From NCBI GenBank assembly GCA_965649825.1, contig OZ287700.1:806001-870000 (forward strand): a stretch of DNA of 64,000 nucleotides, in the 5' to 3' direction. The notes beneath the pieces are model-generated. The model had not been told where the DNA came from and ran no database searches. It saw nothing but the letters and a program-made list of their open reading frames with translations. Positions 25,666 to 38,097 of the stretch are shown here, piece after piece. Each line of letters opens with the position of its first letter. The stretch's first letter is position 1. The DNA is from Penicillus capitatus (taxonomy: Eukaryota; Plantae; Chlorophyta). The position numbers and the translations under genes were made by a program.

Positions 25666-26499
25666 TCCACCACACCAGAGTTCCGGACACCTCGTTGTCC
25701 ACTACCAATGAATCCAGTCCATCACACATTCCACCTCTGACAGATCCAGTAACCACCACATCCTCTGCTCCAGACCCGTCCAACACATCGCTCATACAAA
25801 TGGATACCGTACATCTCAGCGTCCACTACTCCAGAATCCAGTCCCTCACGAAATCCGCAACTTTCACAGAAAACTCAGCTCCACCACATCATATGCTCTA
25901 TGCCGATCCAACTCAACAGCCACAGCGCCAATGCATACCGCACACCTCAGTGTCCACTACTCCAGGACCAATCCAGCACGTCATCCACCATAAGATAGGA
26001 GACCGGACATCACGAGAAACTCTCTTCCAGAGACGATCAAACACGACTGCTACCTCCTCTGAAATCCGGAAACCATTGCATCTATTTCTCACAAAACAAT
26101 TGAAAACAACAGCCAGCCCCTTCTACAAATCCAGGCGTCTCGGCATCCACTGTGGCCAAAATCACCGCATGACAAGAACCAGCCCTTCAGACAATAAGAG
26201 TGCAAGACGGAATGAACCACATCAAGAACACGAAGACACTAACAGCCGCCACCTCCACCTCCACATAGAAACTTGCACAACGAACTAACTTCACAGAAAA
26301 ACCCGCCAGTAACAAACCCTCAGCCCAGAGTATGCCAGAGATGGTGAGACCATGCAAATAGTCAGATCAGAACTGACTTTCCAAACTAGCCAAAACAGCA
26401 GAAAAAGACAGACGCAGACTTGACAACAACATCCATATGGCACAAAAGAAAAGATTATGAGTTCTATCCATCTCACTCTTTTCAGAGAGTGAGGTTTTG

Positions 26500-26690
26500 T
26501 AATTTTTCGTTTTTTTAAAAACTAAGAAGAGAAAGTGTGATTATTTTATTTTTATTTTTTTTTTTTCAAAAAAAGAGTGAGAATGTGTGTTTTTTTTGTT
26601 TTTTTTTTTTTTTTTTTGTTTTTATTTTTTTTTTTGGTTTTTTTATTTTTTGTTTTTTTTCTAACTAAAAAACGAAAAAAAAAACTAATA
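26500..26690. repeat. Poly(T)/poly(A) low-complexity tract directly downstream of the gene C stop
   Basis: Long T runs on + (A-rich on the coding minus strand). Confidence 0.85.
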
Positions 26691-27587
26691 AAACAGCGGC
26701 GAGTCCGGTGCATTGGCGGGTGGCACTTCCCAGCCAACGAACTGAGCAAGATTAGGAAAGAGTTAGAAAGTGAAACATGAAAAAAAAACTTACAAACTGC
26801 AGTGTCTGGCAGAACATGAGGCTGTCCACCCCTGCAGAGCCCGATGTTGGCATCCTCGAACATGGACTAGGAGTTTCCTCCCAATCCATGGCGTCGTCAT
26901 CGCATTCGGGCTCGGTGGACCCGAATGCAGAGGCTTGTGGTGGCGGCGGCGGCTGAGAGAATGGCGGCGAGGGAGTAGCCTGTGAAACAGAACACGTCAT
27001 TGTAAGAGCTCGGCAAAGGATGAAAATCTTACCTGAGCGCCCCCATTGCCGCTCTGCGACTGGCGTGATGCCAGTCCGTCGGTTCTTCCTTGCGTGGGAA
27101 CGCAATGGGGGCGCCTGCTGGATTGCTGCCCGGTTTGGCAAGCAGGATTGCCAAACCGGGCGCCCGACTCTGCATCCTTCACCGCCATCTGTGAGGGCGT
27201 CTTGGCCCTAAGGGCCCGGTTCAAAGCGTCCCTCTCCGCCGGGGACATGTTCCTGAAGCCGTAATACGTGTTCACGGCTTCTTCCATCCTGTTTTAACAA
27301 ACAAACAGCACAAGAGTTAGTAAGTGTTCTGGATAAGGCCACAGCCGCAAGGAATGTGCAGTAAAAGCAGGAAAAGAGAGCCGTGTATTGAACGATAGGA
27401 AGACCAGCACCGTTCCGCGTGCATGCGACAGCCAAAGCAGCTGAGGACTCGCACAGAGAGCGCAGGGACGCGGAAACGCAACGCACGGCTGAGAGAACGT
27501 AGTAACGCGTTGCGTCGGCGGCAAACCGAGCGTGGCTTACTTCTGCCACGGATTGGCGTTGCCGGAGTTGTTGGCGCGATCAGCCAT
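26685..27587 (-). CDS. Gene C, copy 2: intact 4-exon orphan protein of about 180 aa
   Basis: MADRANNSGNANPWQK / MEEAVNTYYGFRNMSPAERDALNRALRAKTP..GGAQ / ATPSPPFSQPPPP..MDWEE..LMFCQTLQ / FVGWEVPPANAPDSPLFY*; GT-AG introns in frame. Confidence 0.75.
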
Positions 27588-27949
27588 GGTCTCGAAGTCC
27601 GTCGTTGAAGGAAACGCGCGCCGGAGAACAAGAGTACGAACAAACTCAACCGCAGATCAGCTGAAAGCCGCGTGGGTCGCAGGTAAACGGTCAACGGTCA
27701 GGAGGTGCCTGGCATGGGTCTCTGGCCGTTGCATGACGGATGCCCGGGCCAACAGGCCAGGGAAGTTGTGCGTAGAAGCACCATGACGCGAAGCAGCGCT
27801 ACTGATGGTGTGTGCGTACACAGGCCACTGTCTATGGAGAATCTGTTGAGGTTTGCAGTCGAGCTGCTGACATCTATCTCTCTGCAAAGTGCGTTTCGAG
27901 GAGTGGCCTTCGGAGCGTGGGCCGCCGTTGGCCAACGGTCCGGATTACG

Positions 27950-30900
27950 TGGATGAATTCCGAGCGATGACTTAGCGACCAGGAGATGTCAACGACAGCA
28001 AGGAATGGAGTAGGCGTCGCACGTGTCATTGCGGCGATCGACAGCTTTGCTCTCCTGGCTGAGAGGTGGAATCCTTGGAGGATCTACCGTTTTTGAGTCA
28101 GATCTCGTCAGATTTGAAATGCTTTTGTGTTCAGGAACTACAGGCGTGTCCAGCGGTGAACCGGAGCAAGGCCTTTCGAGCGTTCTTCTCGGAAGATGCG
28201 CACGGTGCCTCATGGAAAATGTGTGACACGTGAATGAGAGAGATCGTTGGTCGACACAGAGCAATTTTCGAATGGCCTGAGGTTCTGGTGGACGGGGAGA
28301 TGTTTGCACGACGAGGGCATCTTTGTCATCGCAGCGGTAACGGCACACGGATGCACCCCCTATCTCGGAGTATCCTTCCATCCGAGATCTAATGTCCTAG
28401 ACAGGTCTCGGGATGCAGAGGAGCACTTCGATAGAAACGTGGCGGCATGATGTTGGCATCACCGTATTGAATCGTTGCTGCCGATACCTGGAACGACCTC
28501 AACATTTGTCGCCGTGAAGAAGATTACAGTAAAAGAGTATATACACTAGATCTTTGAAGACAATGATGTTCAATCGTGCTACAAGTGTAATATTCCAGAC
28601 TGCATGCTTGTCTAAAGGGTGTTTCATATTGGCGCAAATTCCACATTGGATACAGAGCAGAGCTCCCTGCACATCGATCGATGACGCACACCACGCAGGG
28701 TAATCGTCTCGGGAAGCCAGACCGGAAACTAAGACAAACCAATGCATCGTATATGACGTTAACATACGGATCTGTGGCTGAAGACTCAGATCCATCCGTC
28801 TGCATTTCTGTTCTATGTCGAAGGCGGCTGCCCTGAAAAATAGCCATGTTGCCAGCTAGATCTGGATCGTCCATTCAGCTGTCGGATCCTTCAAAGGAAG
28901 AGCCTTTCGCTATTCCCAAGGCAGACCAAGTTGAATGTTTATACGCATCATGCAGGCTCCGAATTCTCTCTGTGGCAGAAGAACGGCGAGCAGGAGTCAG
29001 AGTTTGTTGAAGAGAGTCCATACGAAGAGACCAAGAAACGGACAACGAAATGGCTCGTTCGCTGACTCTAAAACAGTAAGCGTAGTCTGCTGAAGCGAGC
29101 TGGAATGGGTCAGTCGTCATCTCAGAAGAGGTCGTTAAAGGCGAAGCGTGTGGATTCGGTATACGGAACCGTGGATTCCATAGACCGTTGATGAATTTGT
29201 CCCTCTGTCTCGTACGACAAGGGCCGAGATGAACATAGGTTACACTTGAAGGCGTGCATCGCGACGGCCGACTCGTTGTTCCAAGAGGCACCTGACGTTC
29301 CGGCGACTCTTAGGATTGCTTTTACGAGGCGACGGAATGCGCTGGTCCGACAAAGAAGTCAAGCGAGAAGCATTCGTCGCCTCTTCGCTAGTTAGGCAAA
29401 AAATGGGCTGGAGACCTTTTGGAAGTCGACTTCTGTCCCAGTTCTGTCCGTTCATGATGCTTGGACTCCACTATCGTGTTGTCGATGCACGAAGAATTGA
29501 GAGCAGCAAACAAGTGTGACGTTGATGCAGCGAACTCAGTGTTCTTTTCCTCGACGATTCTCTGCCTCCTCCATGGCTGATGTGACATTGGAGATAGAAG
29601 TGTGAGATGCCTTCCATGAGTGATTAGATGCTGAAATGGCCAACAGGCTGTAAGGGTACTTTTTGTGTGCAGTAGCCCCGAGCAGAGCTAGGTGGTAGGT
29701 GGATGTGATGAAGAGGACCATTAAATCACCCATCAGTTAGCGTCTAAGTCATGCGATACGAATATTGAGTGCGGTTCATCCGATTGCCCACCTCCGTGCA
29801 ACTTTATTCGAAATTCTGAATGAAGAGCTAATGGAGAATTTCATAAACTCCCTCGCTTTACAATTGCATTACAAACAGTGACTGTCGCACCTTTAGTTTG
29901 ATGTTACTACAAAGAGGCGGGTGTAAAATCATTCATTCCGATGTCGAGGTCAATCCAGGTGTGAACGAAGGTCGTGCCTTGGTCGGTGTTTTATCTTAGA
30001 GCTCCTAGACATCGTTTCGTACATTTTCAAGATGCATAGTTCTGCCGAAAGAGGTTTGAGCGGTCATCATACCAATGAGTTGCCAGACAGTCACAAAGTC
30101 TTCATGCGGTTTGATCCTTTTTCCTTGTGATTCGTTCTTTTCTCTGCGGACATGTTTTCAGCCTCTTACAATTCTTCGTCCTTGTTAGCGATTTCTCTGC
30201 CAGTAGTCGGTGAACGGAGACAACCATCTGAGCAAAATAACGTCTGCAAGTTCTCTCGTTCCAGAGCTCTCTATTCCGTCTAGCTGGATATCAATACGCT
30301 CGCTTGTATTGCGGTGAAGATACAACGCTTTCTCAGTTGCACGGCAGAACGGCGACGTTGGCTTACTGAGGAAGGCAGAACAAATGGACAGGGCTCGACA
30401 CAATCCGCTAAACAGTGCTTCGTCAGCAGGATTATGTCACGCCACTTAAAGCGAAGTACTGAGATCTGTTTCAATGACGATCTGCAACGACTATATATCC
30501 AGCTCTACGAGTGTGTTGCCGTGGAAGACGAAAGTAACGACCTTGTTACTTCATGGGCCATGATGGATGCACATATCCGTTCGGCCAATCGCCGACGTCA
30601 CTTTCGCTGTAGATCACTGCGCGGGAGAATGACTGCATCTCAAAGGTAAAAAGCAAGCCCATTCTCAGTGGAAGCAAGCAGAGAATGTCTACGAAACGCG
30701 GTTCATGCGCCGAGAGCGTCTACACTGGCCGATGACAGACATCTTCCGAAGTGATGCTGAAAACGCAGCACTTCCGGCTCCGTTGGTGGTCATTCCGTCT
30801 CCGCTGTGTACATCCTCGGCAGCCAGAGAACAAGACGCTAGTAACAACTCATCCGTTTAGAATGAAACACGATAACGAGACATTTTGAACAGTCCATCTA

Positions 30901-31050
30901 CCCTTTGCCCGCGAACATGCATAGATCATCATGCGTGTCTAGAGAAGAATTGGATCGCATGAAAATCTCCTTGAGCATTCGACTAAGAGTTCTCTCGGCG
31001 ATGTTTACTTGATCTGTGGTCATCAAATACGATAAGAATAAAATAATGGG
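27950..31050 (-). pseudogene. Decayed Ty3/gypsy pol remnant and downstream region
   Basis: Collinear with 61300-64000 and 15300-20200; integrase-like remnant near 29700-30000; possible YxDD remnant near 31030 (weak). Confidence 0.65.
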
Positions 31051-31110
31051 CAGGAAATGATGTGACCCTTTGTTAAAGGCGGATCGTTTTTCTTGTAACC
31101 TCCGGCGAAC

Positions 31111-33268
31111 ATGTGCACTTCTCGGTCGAGGTTCAGTCTCTCTTCGCGACGAGCTCCGCTACTCGAAACACTTCCCTACAGCTTCCGGGGAGAAAGAACA
31201 TCAGCATGGCACCCTCTTCGTCGCACACGTAGAGGCGGACATAACATCTCGACCAAGTGGATCGCCGTTTTCCGCAGACGAAGAGAAAACGCTGTTTCTT
31301 TGTCAGGCGGGTCGTCGGGGAGCTCCGTGCTGTGAGCGAAGACAACGTTCTGAGAGACGAGTCTGTCACATCAGAGCACAGGTGAGTAGCACGGAGTCTG
31401 CACGAACCCCTTTGGGCGACTACTCGTCTGGAACCAGCGGAGAGGAAGACACGAGGCGGTGCAAATATGTTGGAAAGAAAGCGGTCGTCATCGGCGCCGG
31501 GCCAGCAGGAGCTACGGCCGCAGCATTTCTCGCCAAGAACGGATTCGACGTCAAAGTCTGCATTCGATCACTTGATGAGGAAAGATCTTCAAAGGGGCCG
31601 AGGTTTAGGTTTACGAAGGCCGCAGCGATCCGCTGAAACACGCGTACTCTCTGAAGCGTGTGAACGGAATCCGACTACTTCCAAACACGATTGATGTGCT
31701 GCGAGAAGCAGGAGTCGATCTTCCCATCGATGGCTACAGAAACGGAGTTCATAGACTCAAAGGTCCGATGACAAACGCGTCGTGGCAATGACTTCTTCCG
31801 TAGGTACATCAGTAATATCGTCTACCGGCGTTCGCACGATTCCCTACCCGAGCAGTCCGGATTCCTCATCTTACTTTGGCCTCAGAAACCAGTTTGCCGA
31901 GATTATCTCCGAAGACGTGCGGAAGAAGCACAGAGACAGAGTCGCTTTCTTCTACAATCATAGATGCACCGTCTATCTCTTTTACTCGATCGCAGTTCTA
32001 TGTGTCCACTGCTCTTTTTTGCAGGAGGTGCTGTTCGATGAGAAGCAGCTGCTGGTAGAAGACAGTGATGGAAATGTCGTTAAAGAGGATTATGATTTGC
32101 TGATTGCAGCTGATGGTGTCAACTCGGTCGTGAGACAAAAGCTGCAAGAGTACGACCGTTCTTATAAAGTAGAGAGCTTTGCAAATACCAATGCCTACGC
32201 TGTGATACGCGATCTCTCGGGTCTTGACGATGAAGGTATGCCATTCCTCCGGTTATAGTGCTGGTGTTTGAAGAATAATAGCAGAAGAAGTTATGAAAGC
32301 GACGAAGCCTGGAATGCTGACGTTCGTGGATAGAACGCTGCTCAGATATCGTGAAGATGGAAAACCACCCCAGTCGTTCTATGTTTCTTTTTACCCTCTG
32401 TCCGAGAAGAACACCATCACCGCTAGTATTGGGGCAACACCGAAAGCTTTCGAGAGCATACAAAACAAAGAGTATGAATTCCTCGAGCAGTCCTTGCCTC
32501 ACTACTTTCCAAAGGTAATGATTCACCACAGAACGCTTCGGGTTACTGAACTTGCTTTCGCGCACAGCAATGGCTGAGAGAAATTAGCTCTAAACTGGCA
32601 AGTGCACCGCAGACAAGAGTTCCCACCATCCATGCAGCTTCGCGTCTGTATGGTCCGTCGACGATTCTTGTTGGTGATGCTGGTCACAGTGCAACGCCTT
32701 TAATGGGATTGGGGTGATTCTGACAGTTCTCGATTTTAGCCTTCACCTGAACGACGATGTGCAGGGCCAACGCGGCGATCACGGATTCGGTAGTCCTCGA
32801 TGATGCGCTGGATCGCGTCGATGGAGACTTGGATGCAGTTGGGAAGATTTTTAACGATCTTCGTTTCGAAGACGTACGAGCACTTCAAGACATTCAAATG
32901 GTAACCTCCCTCGCTGCCCAGAATCCAGAATCGACACGACGGGGAGTTCTGTGGATTAGACTCTGGCTTACAAGGCGTACACGGTGCCGTTCTACAAAAA
33001 CTGGCGTGGATTCGTTGGATGGGTACATCTGTCCGTCCTCGGATATTTGAGGAAGTTTTTGCCAAAGCTCATGCCCCCTGAACTGATAGCTATTACCACA
33101 AGAGGACAGTGCACTCCAAGGCAAGGAATGCAGAAGTTAAAGCGCGATGCCGCCGTGTTCTCAAGTGCGTTGCATTCCGAGTCTTCGAGTTTCGCCGATC
33201 TTGCCTACAGTGGTGTCGACGGTTGCACTCGGTCTGCTGTTGAAGTACCTCGTCATGCCGGCAGTTAA
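31111..33268 (+). CDS. FAD-dependent monooxygenase, kynurenine 3-monooxygenase-like (multi-exon; start uncertain)
   Basis: AVVIGAGPAG (GxGxxG), DLLIAADGVNSVVR (DG motif), ILVGDAGHSATPLMG (GD motif) and DSVVLDDAL; substrate cannot be inferred. Confidence 0.88.
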
Positions 33269-33399
33269 ATTGCTCCTCGGAGAACTCTGACAAAACTGAG
33301 GTTCTGGAGGAAGTGCAATGAGATCGATCTTATACGACTCTCTTGTGCAACAAGATTGCTCCTGGCGTGTCTTTTGCAGGAAGAACTCTGGTTGCTTTT

Positions 33400-35850
33400 T
33401 GGGTGACAGCCTGTAAAAATGAGCATTTTTCCTCGAGAAGATACCACTTACGCACAAAACCTGGGGAACCGACGTCTTTCCTCTGTCACTTCTTCCCCAT
33501 CTCGGCCTAATGCAACTGTTCCTAAGCATAGAAGTAAGATGCAGTATTCTCTACCTGGTAGAGATGTCGAAGTCATGTCAACACGGTGCTTGTGTTGTCA
33601 ATGTTGTTCCCTTCTTGTCTGTAATGGCTTGAAGAAGAGACCATCAATACTATTGCTGATTACTGGAAGAGTGACACTTTTACTCTCACAGTCTTCTGGA
33701 CGTATGAGTCGGATCCCGGAAGAGGATCCATGAGTGTCATCTGCTGAGTCATTAGGAAGGATGAACTGTCTCCAAGCTACCCGCAGTACAGGGGGGTTCA
33801 GATTGTCCGTGCTCCACGAGCACAGTCTTTGTACCGTTCCAACAGCGGGGCTCTGGAAGAGGTTGATGTTGCAGCGAATCCAGACACTGTTTCAACTGAA
33901 TGACGCAGCCAGTTGTCATTCGGTCTTGTCTCCAGCACTTAGACTTCGACTCAATGGACATTCTGCAAGTGTGCTGCAAAATCACATCTAAGCACTTGCT
34001 CTTTCGGTCTTCTCTTACTGAAATGTTTTCTTCTGTCAAGACTCGATTCTATCTTATCCCTAACTGCTGCTTCTGCTGTTGGGTGTGAGACATCTTCCGC
34101 TTCGAAAGCGACTGAGACTCGATTCCATTCAACCGAGACTTGGTTTGCGTTGACGAGCTCCATGCCAATAATCATCCTTGTTTGGTGCAGCAATGGTCCT
34201 TTGAGATTCATGCTTGTCAAGCGCGGTTGGGAGGTGAACATACCTTCAGCGAGTGCTTTCTGTCGCCGTTGAGCAGGTTTCTCGATTCATGCGCCAGTTT
34301 CAGGCATCCAAACCGAATTGAAGAGTTATGGATGGAATTCCAACGTCCATCCGATTCATGAAGAGAATTCTTCCAGTTCCCGGTAGCCTTGCATCCAACA
34401 GCCGCCCCTCTCTATCTCGAAGGGACGAAGAATACTGGACATATGCTTCTCTCCATATGATCAAGGATGTCTCGTTAACTGAGGTCAAGAGGCAATGTCC
34501 GGCCTTCTCCGTGTCGATCCTGTCTCTTGAAACCAACAATAGCAGACGGACGCATCATCGTCTGACAATACTGTCACACAAGCGCTGTTTTACAAGCCTC
34601 TCTGTCTGACAAAGAGCAGCCTTGTCGACCGCTGTCTGTTTCGGTTTTCTTCTCTTCGCTTGTCCAAACCACAGTGCTCATGAAGCCGTGATGTCGCTCA
34701 AACCAGAATCTCTTCTTGGTGCATTTCTCATGCCATCGTGGCTAACGCCATTCGATGCATACATCCTCGTATAAGGACGACAAGGAGGAGGAACAACTCT
34801 TCAGAGAAGAGCCGAATTCGGAGAAGTCTCTCTGGACGAAAGACTCTCTGTCGCACGGTCATAGTATTGCTGCTTTTCTTCCTTCAAAATCACACTTTGA
34901 CATGATTGTCAGATAATCGATCAGGAGACAAGGTAGCTGCAGCTTACCCTAATAGTCTCATCGCTGAAAGCGCTAATTCTGCAGTTGGCATGCTCATCTA
35001 AGAGCCTTGTGGACATGAACGACTTCCATTTGCAGAAGCTGACTCTCCGATTCAATCTCGCAGCTGATAAAGGTGGACTTAAGAAAGATGGAAACTATGC
35101 TGTATACTAACAGCTCTCTTGGCAAGGCTATCCTTCTCCTTATAGCTGCGGTTTTCTGCAAAGCATATCATGCTCGGTCAACATATCGAGACAGGTGTGC
35201 TTTTCGAACATTGGATTTGCTGACGGCTGGGGTAAATCTAGAAGTCATGTCAACGAGCTTCGAAGAATGAATTGTCAATCCAGATCTGTTGTGCATCAAG
35301 ATGAAACCGTGTCTTCCCTTTTCAACAGAAATCTCTTCAGCCTTGTTCCTTTCCTGGAATGGCAGTTGATCTCAGTGTCCCATGCTGTGCCTCATCAATC
35401 TTCTATACCATGTCGGATGATGACGCTGAATTGCCGATCATTCCTTTCTAAGTATCCTCTCTCCGGAATGCGTAAACATGATCCAATTCCCTCTGATACC
35501 TACTTCCAAATCTAAGCATACAGTGATCATAAGAGAACATTACTGAACTTTGATGTTCCACATGACGGCTGTCTTGCCCATTCTCATCACATTTATATTT
35601 TCCTGCAAACTATCGTTGTATCCAGCATGTCTTGTAAAGCGAATTCGGTCTGTATTTTCGTATCCCAGGAAAGCCAAATCATGGATGCATTTACAACCTT
35701 ACAGAGATGGCACCTCATCTGTTTCTGCTCCAGAAACCGATTCGGCATGTCGTTCACTGTGCCAGACGACTGAACACTGCACTCTTACCCAGCCACTACT
35801 GCAAACACAGATCCACCACTTGTCCCGGCTCCTCCCAGAGAACGGAGGTC
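33400..35850 (-). pseudogene. Decayed LINE ORF2 (APE + RT; L1/Tx1-like by motif)
   Basis: ELDHVY (APE xDHx-like), IDTEKA (LDxEKAFD-like) and GMELVN; frameshifted. Confidence 0.7.
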
Positions 35851-37110
35851 TTCCTCACACTGCGCATCCCACATACGCCATAACCAGTTCATCTCACGAA
35901 CCAGCACATTACAGAGTTCCGGACACCTCGAGATCCACTACTACCAATATAACCAGTCCATCATCACTCAATCCACCACAGCACCGGACACCTCGAGATC
36001 CACTACTACCAATATAACCAGTCCATCATCACTCAATCCACCTCCTTGCAGACATTACACCACTGCATCCTCTGCGCCGGAAACGAGTCAATCCAACACG
36101 TGATCCGCCACACCACAGAGTTCCAGACACCTCGAGATCCACCGCTCCAGAAACCAGTCCATCGTCAGGACATCACACCAGCTCATCCACCTCATCAGCC
36201 CAGACGGCAGCAACAGCATGATTCCAGCACATAATCCACCGGGCATTAAAAACCCCGAAGTCCACTACTCCAGTAAACGGTCACCGACTCAGCCAATCTA
36301 TGTCCCATTAGACAAGAGCACACACCTCCACGTTCTCTGCTCTAGAATGAGCTGCTCACAAAATCCAAACATTTGCCAGAATCGGACACATGACAATCCG
36401 CCGCTGCAGAAAACAGAAATGACACTAGAATGTACATCGCCACCACAGTAAAAGCATGTGCCGCCATCACATGAACAGCCACAGCTCAGAAGCATGCCAG
36501 ACCGCAATATATACTAACATGTACAATGATCAATGTCGATCACCCAGCCAGAAGTGTCGCCAATTGAAAACAGCAGCCATGCAGAACTGAAACAACAAAA
36601 CAGAACATGACTATCGATCTCAATCCGGCCCCTCAAGTCATCCAGATCCAAAAGAAACGTGCACTCAAGAGGAATAAGCACTGCAGTCCCATGCACGATG
36701 TTGAAAGCGGATGCCGAGGGACTCTCCAATAGTGACAAAAAAGCAGAAACAGCAGCAGTCAGCTAAACGTGCCCATAGAAAACCTAAGGAGAAAACTTTT
36801 TCTTTCTTTTTAATTTTTTCCAGCCCAAAGAGAAAAAACTAATAAAACAGGGGCGATGTCGACAGACCCTGTGGAGGCAAGTCCCATCCTATCAGCTGCA
36901 AACCACCATAGGAAATGGAGTAGGACAGAAGTTGGATTGGCGAAGGAAGTCGATGTTGGCCACAGATATCGTTGTTTCTCATTTCTGGACGATCTGCCAC
37001 ACCCGAGATGCACACGGTGAACGCCATTTAACGGATAGATGGAAATTGAGGATGGCAATGTGGCGGCTCGTATAATTTCTGCCAGGCGGCCGTCGACAGA
37101 TGCGACTGGA

Positions 37111-37701
37111 TTAAGAGACAACAAAAGGTATAAAGGGGAATCCAATAACGCGCATGTGCAGCCTCTTCGATTCCGCCTCAGCAGAGGAGACCTTGTCGCA
37201 GTGTTCTCCATGCCAGGACATATGTTCGTCAGTGCAGTCGCATCGTGCCCATGGCTCTTCTCCAATGCCTCGAGAATCTACAGAACGAAAGATGCTTGTC
37301 CCCGTCGAGAGCTTTGTATAAAGAACTGTAAAGAACGACCATGGACGGCGGATCATGGATAGCGGATCTTTGACAAGTCGTTTGGCAAGGGGGTAGTCTC
37401 CCCTATCGTACACAACGCATGGTGGGTAGCCACTGTCCTTTGTACTGGCCAACGACCTACGACGCGTTTGGTGAGGATCATTAGGAAGAACAGGCCCAAC
37501 TTGCAGACATGAGGATTCTCGTTCAGAATGCGATGCATTCGGATGGCGTTTTCGAATTCGCGTACGATATTTAGGCAGAATTTGAGAAAGACGCGGTTTC
37601 CCGTCAACATTTCGATCGTCGAGATCTGAACATGTGTTCAGAAGAATCGCAATACCCGCGTGAGGTGTACTGCTACCGTATCCGTCGTCTATTCTGAACA
37701 T
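37111..37701 (-). pseudogene. Degenerate protein-kinase gene fragment inside gene C copy 3
   Basis: RVFLKF..REFENAIRMHRILNENPHVCKL and YPPCVVYDRGDYPL resemble kinase subdomains II-V; frameshifted. Confidence 0.45.
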
Positions 37702-37836
37702 GCATCTGCGTAGTTGAAGTGACGTCGGCGGTTATAAGCGCGTTTTCACCGCAAGATTTCCTGTGTCAATCGTCCGTTTTTTGGTTTTGCTGCAAGGTTA
37801 CGCGTTCATCGTGAAGGATTTTTCACCAGCCGGAAA

Positions 37837-38097
37837 GTGTATCCGATGATTGATACGTCTTCGTCGTACTTCCCGTTTAACGGCACCTGCAAATGCAGTC
37901 GCGACGGAGACACCATGATGACATTCGACGACGGCACCGCTTTAAGAACGCACTCTGTTATATTGAAGATGGCCTCTGCCGTCTTCAACTCTTTGTTGAC
38001 GGATAGTATGGATGCCAAGGAATTGAAAATCGAAAACACGTCCCCCCAGACATGGGTTCATATCCTTAACCATATGCATCCGGCGACGAGAACATAG
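37837..38097 (+). pseudogene. BTB/POZ-domain gene fragment
   Basis: GDTMMTFDDGTALRTHSVILKMASAVFNSLL..ELKIENTSPQTWVHILNHMHP fits the BTB pattern; cut off at the junction with gene C exon. Confidence 0.65.

Larger units (their letters stand above)
21306..31050 (-). mobile_element. Composite repeat unit, copy 2
   Basis: Module A (21306-23060), diverged LINE (23060-25470), minisatellite, gene C, gypsy remnant (27950-31050). Confidence 0.8.

Noticed and set aside
25464-26288. 274-aa and 205-aa (58633-59250) Pro/His/Ser/Thr ORFs
   Set aside because: Products of stop-poor CA-rich minisatellite; not conserved between copies
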